Part shown: positions 18,153 through 28,399 of the stretch, in pieces | Position numbering within the stretch: position 1 is the stretch's first letter | Layout of the letters: each line of letters starts with the position of its first letter | Assembly: GCA_963787125.1 (NCBI GenBank) | Contig: CAWBBV010000003.1 | Span: 1 to 48,332 of the forward strand | Direction of reading: 5' to 3' | Length of the DNA stretch: 48,332 nucleotides | Source: an uncultured delta proteobacterium | GTDB lineage: Bacteria; Desulfobacterota; Desulfuromonadia; Geobacterales; DSM-12255 | The notes under the pieces: generated by a model | Databases searched by the model: none | Seen by the model: the letters and a program-made list of their open reading frames with translations, nothing else | Told to the model about the DNA's origin: nothing | Program-made: the position numbers and the translations under genes

Positions 18153-19997
18153 ATGTATAAAGATATCCGTCTCCACGGGTCACTTGAAAACAGAGTAGAG
18201 TATTACTCCATCGCCGCTGGCGTCGATGCACACAAGCGCTATTTTTTCAATGTTGACCAGAGCAGTGATGAAGAACTACGCTTTTTCTCCGCCAACAATG
18301 AATTCATCATCAGCAGGCATGGCATCAGCCATAGAGGCAATGGCGGCTCTTTCTGCGAATATATGTTCGGGGTCGACCAACCGTTGACTGACATGGCAAA
18401 AGGGGATGTAATCAATCGTCTTGTCATGTACGGCACCCATTTTGATTCCAAAAACAGCTCTCTGCGCTTCAGTGACCGCACTGACGGCACCCTGACCTAT
18501 GAAAAGATTTTTTTTGACGGCAATGCAGTAACAAACTACTTCTTTTTTGTTCACACCCAGGCTCTCGGTGAAACAGTCAGAGAGCAACAAGAGCTGATTC
18601 TACGCCGGCTCGGAAAGATACTGAAGCGTTCTGTCGCCATTGGTAACGGTGACGACAACCGGATCATCGCCGAGATTATAGCTCATTTTGACATTGAAGA
18701 TCTCCAGCTGTTCCTGTTCAAACTCGTCAACACTCGCCATGAAGAGTATCATAACGCTTTCCAGGCTCTCTATTTCCGCAATAAAAGAATCGCTGATGAA
18801 GAGTTTGCCCACCTGACCAAACTCGCCCAATGTAACGATATAGACCGCTATCAGCAGGAACGGATAAGAATCGACGTTATGTACAAGCATCCGGATAACC
18901 GCCGGATCGTTGACGAGTACCGTAACATTCTCTGCAGTTGCAACATTAAAGGTGAGATAAACCGCCTGGAAAACGCCAGACTTACCCGGCTTAAAACACT
19001 TTCAGTCAGGAACAAGATCCCTGGCGCACTTTTTTATACTCTTGACGAACTCCTGCGAAAAGACAGAAAGCTTGTTGAACTTGAAGAGAGTGACTACATC
19101 TCCGAAACCAGACAGATACTGGAAGGGCTCTTTTTTGGTGAGCGTCAGATTGAAAGCCGCGTTAACAGTGAAGACATGCTCAAAATCCTTCACGCCAAGA
19201 AGAAAGCCTCCGAACACCGCAATCACACCTTTGAAGAGCTTCTTCTTGATGCCAGCAAGGCTTGTGATGAAAATATCCGGGATGGCGCCGACATCTCGTT
19301 ACTGGAAGAGTTTTCCTACATCATCACCTATCTTGACCGCTACGACACCACGTCCCAGGTTATAAACCAGCTCGCTTTCATGGAAAACATCAGGATCAGC
19401 GAAGAGATGCTGAGAAGTATCCTCGGCAACAAAAAAGAGTTTGACACCCTGCAGCCGGAACTCTTCAATACGCTCTTTATTGACGGTGTCCTTGACAACA
19501 AATATCTGGGAAACTACGGCAGGAGAAAGCTCACGACTCTCATGCATGGCATGGAAGAACTTGAAGCCGGAACATTAAAGTCGCCGGAAGTACTTGATCA
19601 GCTTAAAGCGATTGACCGGGAGGAGCAGCTCTTCCTTGTTCTTTTGCGCCATGTCCGTGAGAGGATCAGAAATTTCTACTCTAAATTCACCACAAAAGCG
19701 GACCAGTTGGCTCTCAAGCGTGAAATAATCGAAGAGCTGACTGCCAAGAAACTGCTTAAGGACGATATAAATAACGAACTATTCAGTGAGACTATCCTTA
19801 CCATCCAGAAAGAGGCTATCTATCTGCACAATCTTTTGCCACAGATAATTGCCGAGAAAAATATCTACCTCCGCGAAGATTTTCTCGATAATTCAGGCCT
19901 TGACCGCTTTTATGTCGAAGAGCTGGAGCTGGAATATTTCGAACTGAACGAACTCCCGCTTGACGATCTATATCAGATCCGCAAAGGGCTGAATTAA
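18153..19997 (+). CDS. Conserved deltaproteobacterial protein, probably TIGR04442 family
   Basis: 614-aa ORF starting MYKDIRLHG in the MBL/GT4/Slt context; family recalled from memory, not searched. Confidence 0.7.
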   Translation: MYKDIRLHGSLENRVEYYSIAAGVDAHKRYFFNVDQSSDEELRFFSANNEFIISRHGISHRGNGGSFCEYMFGVDQPLTDMAKGDVINRLVMYGTHFDSKNSSLRFSDRTDGTLTYEKIFFDGNAVTNYFFFVHTQALGETVREQQELILRRLGKILKRSVAIGNGDDNRIIAEIIAHFDIEDLQLFLFKLVNTRHEEYHNAFQALYFRNKRIADEEFAHLTKLAQCNDIDRYQQERIRIDVMYKHPDNRRIVDEYRNILCSCNIKGEINRLENARLTRLKTLSVRNKIPGALFYTLDELLRKDRKLVELEESDYISETRQILEGLFFGERQIESRVNSEDMLKILHAKKKASEHRNHTFEELLLDASKACDENIRDGADISLLEEFSYIITYLDRYDTTSQVINQLAFMENIRISEEMLRSILGNKKEFDTLQPELFNTLFIDGVLDNKYLGNYGRRKLTTLMHGMEELEAGTLKSPEVLDQLKAIDREEQLFLVLLRHVRERIRNFYSKFTTKADQLALKREIIEELTAKKLLKDDINNELFSETILTIQKEAIYLHNLLPQIIAEKNIYLREDFLDNSGLDRFYVEELELEYFELNELPLDDLYQIRKGLN

Positions 19998-20225
19998 GCA
20001 CGACCCCCTCAGGCTTTTCACAACTACCTTGCTCTCAGCAAGTTTGACGGCAACAGCCCCTTCTCCGTTTCCTTGACAACTGCGGTTTCATAAGACTCGG
20101 CGAATCAGCAGCGCTACAGCGCGCGTCCCATGATAGCGGTAATAAACAAGTATCTTGTTTTACCTGTTCAAGATTTTTCTTTATAAGGCGGTTAGAGTCG
20201 GCTGTTATGAAAAAGAGAGGTCATA

Positions 20226-20633
20226 ATGCTTGATATTTCAGATATGCACGAAAAGTGCAGACAATGCGGTTTTGATTACGCCCGGATAGATACGGAACGA
20301 TGGAACAACAACAGCTCCAGAAGAGCCATGTGCCCTGTCTGCGGCTGGACACGCTTTGAAGAGCATAACTGGGACAGCGGCAACCCGACGCTGGTCAAAA
20401 AAGGCGAGAGCTACGGCTTCGGTTCATACCGGCTTGTCCCCCCTGGCGGATTCTCAGGTTACAACGCTTTTCACTCTCCCCCGTCACCGGAAGTTGTAGC
20501 AACTCTGAAAGAACTTCTGAGTGTAAAGGGGTGGAAAGGCTACCTGACCATCTGGGATGAAGCGGCAATGCGTCCCCGATTGATCGCCGGGAGTCCGTTA
20601 CAGCGTTATGAAGCAGCGATGGAAGAGGTTTAG
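20226..20633 (+). CDS. Hypothetical protein with two CxxC motifs (zinc-ribbon-like)
   Basis: CRQCG and CPVCG; GAGG RBS. Confidence 0.75.
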   Translation: MLDISDMHEKCRQCGFDYARIDTERWNNNSSRRAMCPVCGWTRFEEHNWDSGNPTLVKKGESYGFGSYRLVPPGGFSGYNAFHSPPSPEVVATLKELLSVKGWKGYLTIWDEAAMRPRLIAGSPLQRYEAAMEEV

Positions 20634-20642
20634 TAGTGATTA

Positions 20643-21290
20643 CTACTGCCCGTTTCGTGTGTTGGCAGTCAACTGAGCTTCGTCCCTGATCACGTAAGTA
20701 TTGGACACTTTGCCTGACCAGACGCCGATAAGCTTTTCATCCTCCAGCAGTTCAACATAAGTCGCCCGGAGGATATAGCTGAAGACTCTGTTGAGGTTCT
20801 CCGCGCCTGCCAACCCGCCCGTACCTCTCATGATCCCGGAGGAATGACCGTCCCAGATAATTCTGCCGGATTCATCCAGCAGGTAAAAATGAACTCCCAC
20901 CTTCGCCTGATAACCATCACCCTCTTCGAATTCAAACTGGGTGACTTCACCCTTTAGAGACAGCGGCCCGTCAGGCGATATTTTGCCGCCAAACTCTCCG
21001 TAAAACTTACTGAAAGCGTCTGTTGCATAAACTGAGAGTGCAGCTTTGGAGTGAACTTTCTGCATCTGTCCGTTGATTTTGAGTTCGCCGAGAAAAGTCT
21101 CACCACTTCTGCGCTTGTCGGTAAAAGAGTGAACCCGGACCCCCTTAAGCCCTTTCACCGCCGCCTTGGCAGCTTCGCCAGGGGGAGCAACGGAACTTGC
21201 TTCAAAACGGAGATCGACAGTTAGCTCTTCAGCATGTAATCCCGGAACAACCAAAAAAAACAGCGCAAAAAAAAGCAGGAATCCTTTCAT
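20643..21290 (-). CDS. Exported hypothetical protein
   Basis: Signal peptide MKGFLLFFALFFLVVPGLHA; start position uncertain. Confidence 0.7.
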   Translation of the reverse strand: MKGFLLFFALFFLVVPGLHAEELTVDLRFEASSVAPPGEAAKAAVKGLKGVRVHSFTDKRRSGETFLGELKINGQMQKVHSKAALSVYATDAFSKFYGEFGGKISPDGPLSLKGEVTQFEFEEGDGYQAKVGVHFYLLDESGRIIWDGHSSGIMRGTGGLAGAENLNRVFSYILRATYVELLEDEKLIGVWSGKVSNTYVIRDEAQLTANTRNGQ

Positions 21291-21460
21291 CTGTATTCCC
21301 AAAAATTGTGTTTAAACAACTTCAATCACTGGCTTAACGGACAAGACTCAGATGACTGGATTCTAACCCTGATAAACAGTACATCTATTCTCTTCGAAAA
21401 AACTGACAAGATCCGACTTTATCGTTTAAATTGCAAGCATCTCTGGTGTATATTCGTCTA

Positions 21461-22285
21461 ATGAAACTCACATATTTATGCAAAATAGCAGCCATCCTGA
21501 CTACACTGACTTATTCACCCTCTCTTATTTCAGGTGCCGTGCCGCAGCAGCTCAACGAACAGACTTTTGCCTATCAGGACCTGAAAGCCGCCTTGGTTAG
21601 TAAATATTCAGACAGCTCACCGAAAGAATGGGGCGAAAGTGTTAGCGGCGTCATTTCGCGCATCAAAGGTGGTCAAAAGGTGATAGCCTTAACCTTTGAC
21701 GCCTGCGGCAGCGCCAATGGGATGAAGTTTGACAAAGTTTTGATCGATTATCTGGCAAAAGAGCAGGTGCCGGCAACTCTATTCATTAACGGCAGGTGGA
21801 TTGAGCCTAATCGGCAGGAGTTTGAGCGCCTGGCTAAAAATCCGCTCTTTGAGATTGCCAACCACGGCTTTAGTCATAAACCTGCATCGGTCAACGGCAG
21901 ATCAATATACGGTATTGCCGGGACAAAGAATGTAGCTGAGATTGTAGATGAAATCGAGCTTAATGCCAAGAAACTCGCAGAACTTACCGGCAAACGCCCC
22001 CGCTTCTACCGCTCAGGTACAGCTTTTTACGATGATGTTGCGGTGAGAATAGCTCTGGATCTGGGGCAACAGGTGGCGGGATTCTCTATTTTGGGGGATG
22101 CAGGGGCTACCTTCAGCAAGGAAAAGGTAAAAGATGCACTTTTGGCTGCAAAACCGGGCGACATTGCTATAATGCACTTCAATCACCCGGAGAGCGGCAC
22201 GGCTGGCGGAGTTATGGCTGCCATCCCTGAGCTTAAAAAGCGTGGTTTTCGCTTTGTCAAGCTTTCGGATGTTGAATTAGATTGA
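21461..22285 (+). CDS. Polysaccharide deacetylase (NodB domain), exported
   Basis: IALTFDAC, ATLFING, IANHGFSH, IMHFNHP; start uncertain. Confidence 0.9.
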   Translation: MKLTYLCKIAAILTTLTYSPSLISGAVPQQLNEQTFAYQDLKAALVSKYSDSSPKEWGESVSGVISRIKGGQKVIALTFDACGSANGMKFDKVLIDYLAKEQVPATLFINGRWIEPNRQEFERLAKNPLFEIANHGFSHKPASVNGRSIYGIAGTKNVAEIVDEIELNAKKLAELTGKRPRFYRSGTAFYDDVAVRIALDLGQQVAGFSILGDAGATFSKEKVKDALLAAKPGDIAIMHFNHPESGTAGGVMAAIPELKKRGFRFVKLSDVELD

Positions 22286-22915
22286 AGAGGCTATCAACCA
22301 CTGCGCCAGAAAGTATGTAGACATGATGAGCGTCTGGGCGCTTCTGAAACTCCCATTAAAGCGATCCAGCGCCAGAGTAGAATCCGAGATGGTGAAGAGA
22401 ATCGCCCCGAGGCCTGCATAAAGGGCCTTCGGATCGGCTGAAAGCAGACATCGCGTTATCGCCAGCCAGGTCATAACCAGTATCGCCCCGCAGTAGATCA
22501 GCACCGGAATTTTTAAGTCCCCCAGCTTCGGCAGCAGAATCTTCAATAAAACTGCACTATAAATTCCAAGCGGCAAGATTATTCTCCAGTCAAACTGCAG
22601 CTCGACCCCATGTGCAAAAGCCGCTATGTAACAAAGATGGGCGACCAGAAAGCTTGCCAGTCCGGCGATAAAGCGGTCTTTCGGCAGCATGAGAAAAATG
22701 TCGCCGGTCAGGGAAAAAATCAATCCGATGAGGATCAGATTTTTGTAAAGGGACGGGCCATGACCCACCGAGATACAGGCAAGCATGAGGATCAGAATGG
22801 TCGTGAGCGGTTTAAATAAATAGATTTGGGCTTTTGAACCAGCGGACTCCGCCCGGATATGAAGCAGAGCTGAAACCAGGACAGCGATTGATAAAAGCGT
22901 CGTCATACTTGTCAC
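22277..22915 (-). CDS. YhhN/TMEM86-family lysoplasmalogenase
   Basis: FKPL, GLIFSLTGDIFL, GLASFLVAHLCY, ISDSTLA, TYFLAQ. Confidence 0.9.
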   Translation of the reverse strand: MTSMTTLLSIAVLVSALLHIRAESAGSKAQIYLFKPLTTILILMLACISVGHGPSLYKNLILIGLIFSLTGDIFLMLPKDRFIAGLASFLVAHLCYIAAFAHGVELQFDWRIILPLGIYSAVLLKILLPKLGDLKIPVLIYCGAILVMTWLAITRCLLSADPKALYAGLGAILFTISDSTLALDRFNGSFRSAQTLIMSTYFLAQWLIASSI

Positions 22916-24492
22916 GAACGGCTCCCCATGCCCGGCCTGAGCGGATATCCGGTAATTTCCCGAATGGAGTGATACAGCGGTTTTACCCGTTTATACATGT
23001 TTTTATAAACCTTCTGATAGAGTTCGTTATAAATTGCCGCGTTGTGCGGATTTGGCTCAAATACCTCGCCGGTACTGGTCATCTCTTTGAGGGCAACAAC
23101 GTAGTCCCTGTGCAGCCCCAGGCCGACTGCCATCACTATGGCGGCGCCAAGTCCGGAGGTCTCATAGGTTCCAGGTTTTACAGCCGGCAGGTTAAAGATG
23201 TCCGCCGTAATCTGGAGCACCTGGCGACTCTGGGAACCGCCCCCGGAAACCCGTAACTCATTCATTGGAACCTTGGTCCGCTTTTCCAGCTGCTCCCGCC
23301 CTTCCCGGAGCGTATAAGCAATCCCTTCCAGTATCGACCGGTAAATATGCACCCTTGTATGAACATCGCCAAAACCGATGATGGCCCCTTTTGCTTCCCT
23401 TCCCGGGGATTTCAGACCGGGCGACCAGAACGGCTGCAGTGTCAGCCCCATGGAGCCTGACGGGATATCTGCCACCAGACGATCGAAAATCTCTTCCGTG
23501 GATACTCCTTCTTTGGCTGCAAGGAGCTGCTCTCTGACACCAAACTCCCTGATAAACCATGAGATCAGCCAGAATCCCCTGAAAATCTGAATTTCCAGAT
23601 TGTAATTCCCTGGAGCGGCCGCAGGATAAGGGGGGAGTAGCGGAACCGGCTCGATATATTTCGCCGAAGTTATATTAATGGTGGCCGTGGTTCCGTAGCT
23701 TATCGCCCCTGTTTCCGGAGAGATACAGCCTGAACCGAGCACCTCGCACGCCTTGTCCGCAGCGGACGCAATCACCGGCAAGCCCTCCGGGATGCCGGTC
23801 TCCAGAGAGACCATGGCACTGATTCTGCCAAGCAGCTCTCCCTGTTGAATCAGATCGGGAAGTTTTTCTTTTGCTATCGGCAGCGCCTGCCACTTCCAAT
23901 CGGTTGATTTTGCCCAGCCATGGTTCTTGTAATCAAAAGGGAGGTAGCCGACCTGTGAGCCGATAGAATCACTATAGTTGCCGGTCAACCGATAATTCAG
24001 ATACCCGGAGAGCAGCAGAAACTTGTGGGTTTTTGCCCATATTTCCGGCTGGTGGGCTCTAATCCAGTTAACTTCAGCATTGGACTGAAGATGATAGATC
24101 ATCTCGCTCAGGTTCAAAACCTTGAAGAGCGCCTTCCAGAGTCCCTTTACCGGCGGAAAGCTGTCGGTTGTCCGCTGATCGAGCCAGGAGATCGCCGCTC
24201 GCAAGGGACGACCATGGACATCAACATTCACCACGGTAGCCCTCTGAGTGGTTATAGACACCCCCTGGACAGACTTTTTAAGATGGGGAACTTCCTCCCA
24301 GAGACGGGCGAGCGCTGTCCGGATTTTATCCCAGAACAGATCAGGATCCTGCTCAGCCCACCCCGGATGTTCTGAGTAATAAGGTTCAAAGAGCGCCTGT
24401 ACCCGTTTAACAAGTCCCCCCTGAAGATCGAACAAAAGTGCCCTGACGCTCTGGGTTCCCACATCGATAACAAGCAGTAGCTCTGCTCCCAT
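22912..24492 (-). CDS. FGGY-family carbohydrate/glycerol-type kinase
   Basis: IDVGTQSVR, PGWAEQDP, AISWLDQR, VSGGGSQS. Confidence 0.92.
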   Translation of the reverse strand: MGAELLLVIDVGTQSVRALLFDLQGGLVKRVQALFEPYYSEHPGWAEQDPDLFWDKIRTALARLWEEVPHLKKSVQGVSITTQRATVVNVDVHGRPLRAAISWLDQRTTDSFPPVKGLWKALFKVLNLSEMIYHLQSNAEVNWIRAHQPEIWAKTHKFLLLSGYLNYRLTGNYSDSIGSQVGYLPFDYKNHGWAKSTDWKWQALPIAKEKLPDLIQQGELLGRISAMVSLETGIPEGLPVIASAADKACEVLGSGCISPETGAISYGTTATINITSAKYIEPVPLLPPYPAAAPGNYNLEIQIFRGFWLISWFIREFGVREQLLAAKEGVSTEEIFDRLVADIPSGSMGLTLQPFWSPGLKSPGREAKGAIIGFGDVHTRVHIYRSILEGIAYTLREGREQLEKRTKVPMNELRVSGGGSQSRQVLQITADIFNLPAVKPGTYETSGLGAAIVMAVGLGLHRDYVVALKEMTSTGEVFEPNPHNAAIYNELYQKVYKNMYKRVKPLYHSIREITGYPLRPGMGSRS

Positions 24493-24507
24493 TGTTTCTC
24501 CTCAGCC

Positions 24508-26073
24508 TCAAATGTAAGCAGAATCTCTGATCTGAAAATATCTGCGTTCCTCATTTTCCCAGCGCCGCTCATCCCAGCCCAGCTCCGGCTGCACAATGGT
24601 TCTGATTCTCCCCATAAAGCCCCTGCCGCCATCTTTCAGCATTAGCCCAAGCCGGACCCGCCTTAAAAGGAGATCATCCAGATGAACTACACTTTCCTGC
24701 CGGGCTGCGTGGCGAAGCTCTGCCCAGAGATATGGCGTACCGGTAATCAGTTCAAGCTCACCGGCTTCTGCGCCGGCAAGAAGTTGCGCCGTTTGCCTGC
24801 CATAGCGGCCGCACAAACGGAGAACGGCAGGTGCAGGTAGCCGACTCTCTGCGGGAAGGCACTCCCGGCTGAAAAGCGCTTTCCCCGACAGCTTGCTGAA
24901 ATCCATCGGCAGAACCCGGGAAATCGCCTGCAACGCCTGCAAAGCCATCAGTCTGAAGGTTGTCAGTTTGCCGCCTGTTATGGTCAAAAGCCCTGATTCA
25001 TTGAGCATGAGCATCTCGCGGGACTCCTTGGACGGGTCAGCCTTGCCGCTGCCGACAACCGGCCTGACCCCGGCAAAGGTGGCAATAATGTCCGTTTCAG
25101 CCAGCTTAAGCGCCGGAAACTGGCTACGCACCCCGGCAAGCAGATACATTTTTTCCGCAGCGTTAATGACCGGCTCTTCCTCCAGCTCTGCCGAATGATC
25201 CACATCGGTCGTACCGACCAGAGTCACCCCTTCCCAGGGAAAAACATAAACCGGCCTGCCATCGTCCGGATGCATGAAGCCGGTTGCCTGGGAAACAGGA
25301 AAAGAGTGATTGGCAAAAATGAGATGACTCCCTCGCAAAGGACGGATACAGGGCTTGCCGCCAACCTCCTTGCGGAGATTGTCTGCCCAGGCGCCGGTGG
25401 CATTAATCACCGCTTTGGCAGAGAGCTGCCACGACTTACCGCTTTCAGGCTCTTCAGCTACAAGCCCCGCGACCTGTCCGTCACCATCCAGAACCAGGCT
25501 GCTCGCCTTGACGTAGTTGATTGCCACGCCGCCGTCAGCAACGGTTTCCTGAATAAGACGCAACACCAGGCGAGCATCGTCGGTCTGGGCATCTTCGTAA
25601 CGAAAGCCGCCATCAAGTCTGTCCGTAGCACAGTTGGGTGAGAGCATCTGGTAGCTTTGCTTGTCATGGTAGCAGCGCGTCCGTCTTCCTGCCAAAAAAT
25701 CGTAAATAGCCAATCCCAGGCCATACTGAGCTTTTTTGAATTGCTGACTCTTCTCCAGCGGGAAAAGAAATCCGAGCGGCGCTACCAATCCGGGTGCGGC
25801 CTTTAAGAGACGTTCCCGTTCCTGAACCGAATGGCGGGTGACATTAACCTGCCCCTGCTTCAGGTAACGGAGCCCGCCATGTACCAGCTTGCCCGAGCGG
25901 CTCGAAGTACCCCAGGAGAAGTCCTTCTGCTCAATGAGCAGCACCCGCACCCCCAGGTCGGTTGCCAGCCTGAATATCCCAGCGCCGGTAATTCCGCCCC
26001 CAACGATAATCAGATCCCAGCATCCCTGTTCAAGCAGTTTCAGTCGGCTATTGTTCATATCCGCCCCACTCAA
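24508..26073 (-). CDS. FAD-dependent glycerol-3-phosphate dehydrogenase/oxidase family
   Basis: IVGGGITGAG, GTSSRSGKLVHGGLRYL, GGKLTTFR. Confidence 0.93.
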   Translation of the reverse strand: MSGADMNNSRLKLLEQGCWDLIIVGGGITGAGIFRLATDLGVRVLLIEQKDFSWGTSSRSGKLVHGGLRYLKQGQVNVTRHSVQERERLLKAAPGLVAPLGFLFPLEKSQQFKKAQYGLGLAIYDFLAGRRTRCYHDKQSYQMLSPNCATDRLDGGFRYEDAQTDDARLVLRLIQETVADGGVAINYVKASSLVLDGDGQVAGLVAEEPESGKSWQLSAKAVINATGAWADNLRKEVGGKPCIRPLRGSHLIFANHSFPVSQATGFMHPDDGRPVYVFPWEGVTLVGTTDVDHSAELEEEPVINAAEKMYLLAGVRSQFPALKLAETDIIATFAGVRPVVGSGKADPSKESREMLMLNESGLLTITGGKLTTFRLMALQALQAISRVLPMDFSKLSGKALFSRECLPAESRLPAPAVLRLCGRYGRQTAQLLAGAEAGELELITGTPYLWAELRHAARQESVVHLDDLLLRRVRLGLMLKDGGRGFMGRIRTIVQPELGWDERRWENEERRYFQIRDSAYI

Positions 26074-27662
26074 AACAGTTTCCCCTGATTGAAGAGCTGC
26101 TCCGGATCCATCACCCGCCCGGCAGCCTGCAGCAGCTCCATGCCGGTTTCACCTTTTTCCGCAGCTAGCCACGGCTTATGATCTATGCCGACACCATGCT
26201 GATGACTGATGGTACCGCCGTGAGCGGCGATCAGATCGCTAGCGATCCCTTTGAGCATCCGCCAACGGCTGAGATTCACTTCATGGTCCTGTGAGAGTCG
26301 GTAGGCATAGGTCGTATAGACACTGCAACCATCAGTGTAAAAGTGGGACAGATGGGTATGCACCTGCACTTTTTCGCCACTTTCCACCAAGCCGACAGCT
26401 ATTTCCTGATGGAGTTCCCGGATTAACTCTTCAACTCTCAGCCAGGGTACAGCCGTTTCAAAGGTGTCTATGGCGTACCCCTCGCCCCAGAGAGTATTGC
26501 GGAGATATGGGGTCTTGAAGCGGTTTTTGTGCCATTCACTGCCGAAACGGCGACCGACACAGACGCCATCAAAGCTTCTGCCAATGCTTTTCACGCCGCT
26601 GACAGCAAAGGAGGTTTCCTTGCGGCTCCCAGCTGCACCGTAAATAAGGAGGCACTTACCCTCGCCTACCCCTCTGAGTTTCAAATACCTCTCCAGCCAG
26701 ACTATCAGCTTTTCATGTCCAGCCATTGCCAGGGCGGCCATGGTCTCTTCACTTGTGCTGAGGCGCAGCATGGTCAGCGGCAGCCTGCTCCTGGAAAGCG
26801 CTTTTACCGCTTTAACCCCGCTGGAGAAGTCCGGAAAAAACATGGCGAGGAAATCTTCCTTTTCCGGGAGCTTGCGAATCCGGACTATAGCTTCAGTCAG
26901 GATACCGTAGCGCCCCTCAGAACCCATGATCAACTCTTTAATGTCCGGCCCGGCTGCGCTGGCAGGGAAATGGGGTAGTGTCAGCGTTCCGTGGCAGGTT
27001 TCCAGCTTCCCGCCGGCAAACAGTTTTTCTATCCGGCCATAGCCGAGAGACTGCTGGCCACTGGAGCGAGTGGTAACCCAGCCGCCAAGGGTTGACAGCT
27101 CAAACGACTGGGGAAAGTGGCCAAGGGTGTAGCCTCTGGCACGCAACTCAGCCTCCAGCACCGGGCCAGTGACCCCTGCTTCGAAAGTTGCTGTCTGGCT
27201 GTTCTCATCCAGCAGGATCAACCGGTTCATCCGCCTCATGTCAATGGTCAGCACCGGGGTTGCCGTGTCAAGAGGGTTGATATGACCGGCAACGCTGGTA
27301 CCACCGCCGTAAGGGATAACCTGTATGCCGTTTAACAAGGCGTAGTCAAGCAGCTCCCTGATGTCAGCAGTTGACTGCGGAAATGCCACGCCGTCTGGCA
27401 GAGCCCCGATTCTGCCGCTTCGCAAGGCTATCCAGTCGGGAAGGCTCTGCCCTCTGGCGTGCAGCAGCCGCTCCTGCGGATTCTGTGACACCAGTCGGTG
27501 TCCGGGAAGGCGGGAAGCCGGAACTTTTGCCAGCAGTTCAGTGAAATCGGCATCGACTGGCGCCACGGCTTTGCCAACTTTTTCGTGCAGAAATTTTCTA
27601 CTGCTTGTATTCAGGGGGTACTCTGCCGCTATCACGCCCCAACCGTTCCACTTGAGTTTCAT
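26070..27662 (-). CDS. Alkyl-dihydroxyacetonephosphate synthase-like FAD oxidoreductase
   Basis: KWNGWG, PYGGGTSV, GHFPQSFELSTLGGWV, SHQHGVG. Confidence 0.88.
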   Translation of the reverse strand: MKLKWNGWGVIAAEYPLNTSSRKFLHEKVGKAVAPVDADFTELLAKVPASRLPGHRLVSQNPQERLLHARGQSLPDWIALRSGRIGALPDGVAFPQSTADIRELLDYALLNGIQVIPYGGGTSVAGHINPLDTATPVLTIDMRRMNRLILLDENSQTATFEAGVTGPVLEAELRARGYTLGHFPQSFELSTLGGWVTTRSSGQQSLGYGRIEKLFAGGKLETCHGTLTLPHFPASAAGPDIKELIMGSEGRYGILTEAIVRIRKLPEKEDFLAMFFPDFSSGVKAVKALSRSRLPLTMLRLSTSEETMAALAMAGHEKLIVWLERYLKLRGVGEGKCLLIYGAAGSRKETSFAVSGVKSIGRSFDGVCVGRRFGSEWHKNRFKTPYLRNTLWGEGYAIDTFETAVPWLRVEELIRELHQEIAVGLVESGEKVQVHTHLSHFYTDGCSVYTTYAYRLSQDHEVNLSRWRMLKGIASDLIAAHGGTISHQHGVGIDHKPWLAAEKGETGMELLQAAGRVMDPEQLFNQGKLF

Positions 27663-27667
27663 AATTG

Positions 27668-28354
27668 CTACCTCTCCTTGGCATCAGCCAGTCGCTGCCA
27701 AAATTCAAAGCTTTCCTGCATCGCCTGACGTGTGATAGCAGCCGCAGCAACGCTATCTTCCTGCACTGCAGCCTGCAGCAGGCTTTTGTAATAGTTACGC
27801 GAGGCGTCCCGGCACATCTCACAAGAGAAATAGAGCGATCCCATCTTAAGATAAAGGCTTTCAAAGCTGTTGAGCATTAGCGGGTATAATTTATTACCTG
27901 AAAGAACAGCCATGGTTTTGTGCAACTGCCAGTCAACAGTAGAAAAATGTTCGGGATCATTGCCAACCTTGCAGGCAGAGGCAAGCAGAGCCACCAGCGC
28001 TAAAGCATCATTGCTTACCGCTTTTTCGGTATACTCTGCTGCCAGCACAACGCGAAACTCCAGCAACTGACTTACTAGCTCCAGGGGGAAAGTGGCCGGA
28101 TTCACCGAGATAGCAGTAAGAATATTCAGGTTGCCATTCAGCCAGAAATCATTAACCACGCTGACTTTTTTCTGCGAGACAATAATCCAGCCATCCTGGG
28201 CAAGCCGCTGGAGAGCCTCTCGAATTACCGGCCTCGTTACGGAATGTTGCAGCGCCAGCTCTCGTTCGCTTTTGAGCTGAGCGCCTCTAGGTAGAGCACC
28301 GCTCAGGATTGAGGCAATAATTGATTTTTCTACTCTCAGTGAGTATTTTTCCAT
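27668..28354 (-). CDS. fadR: FadR-type (GntR family) fatty-acid metabolism regulator
   Basis: SERELA...VTRPVIREALQRLAQDGW, VNDFWLNGNLNIL, SGNKLYPLMLNSF, resembling E. coli FadR. Confidence 0.85.
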   Translation of the reverse strand: MEKYSLRVEKSIIASILSGALPRGAQLKSERELALQHSVTRPVIREALQRLAQDGWIIVSQKKVSVVNDFWLNGNLNILTAISVNPATFPLELVSQLLEFRVVLAAEYTEKAVSNDALALVALLASACKVGNDPEHFSTVDWQLHKTMAVLSGNKLYPLMLNSFESLYLKMGSLYFSCEMCRDASRNYYKSLLQAAVQEDSVAAAAITRQAMQESFEFWQRLADAKER

Positions 28355-28382
28355 GGCTGCACCCTGGTATGCCCTGTTTTTT

Positions 28383-28399
28383 ATCTGGTATGACCAGAT
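28383..28399. promoter_or_regulatory. FadR operator
   Basis: ATCTGGTATGACCAGAT, one base from the E. coli fadB site ATCTGGTACGACCAGAT, 28 bp upstream of the fadR ATG. Confidence 0.88.

Noticed and set aside
19998..20225. Possible small ORF or ncRNA in the intergenic gap
   Set aside because: Only an 18-codon minus-strand ORF without a clear RBS, and no recognisable RNA motif.
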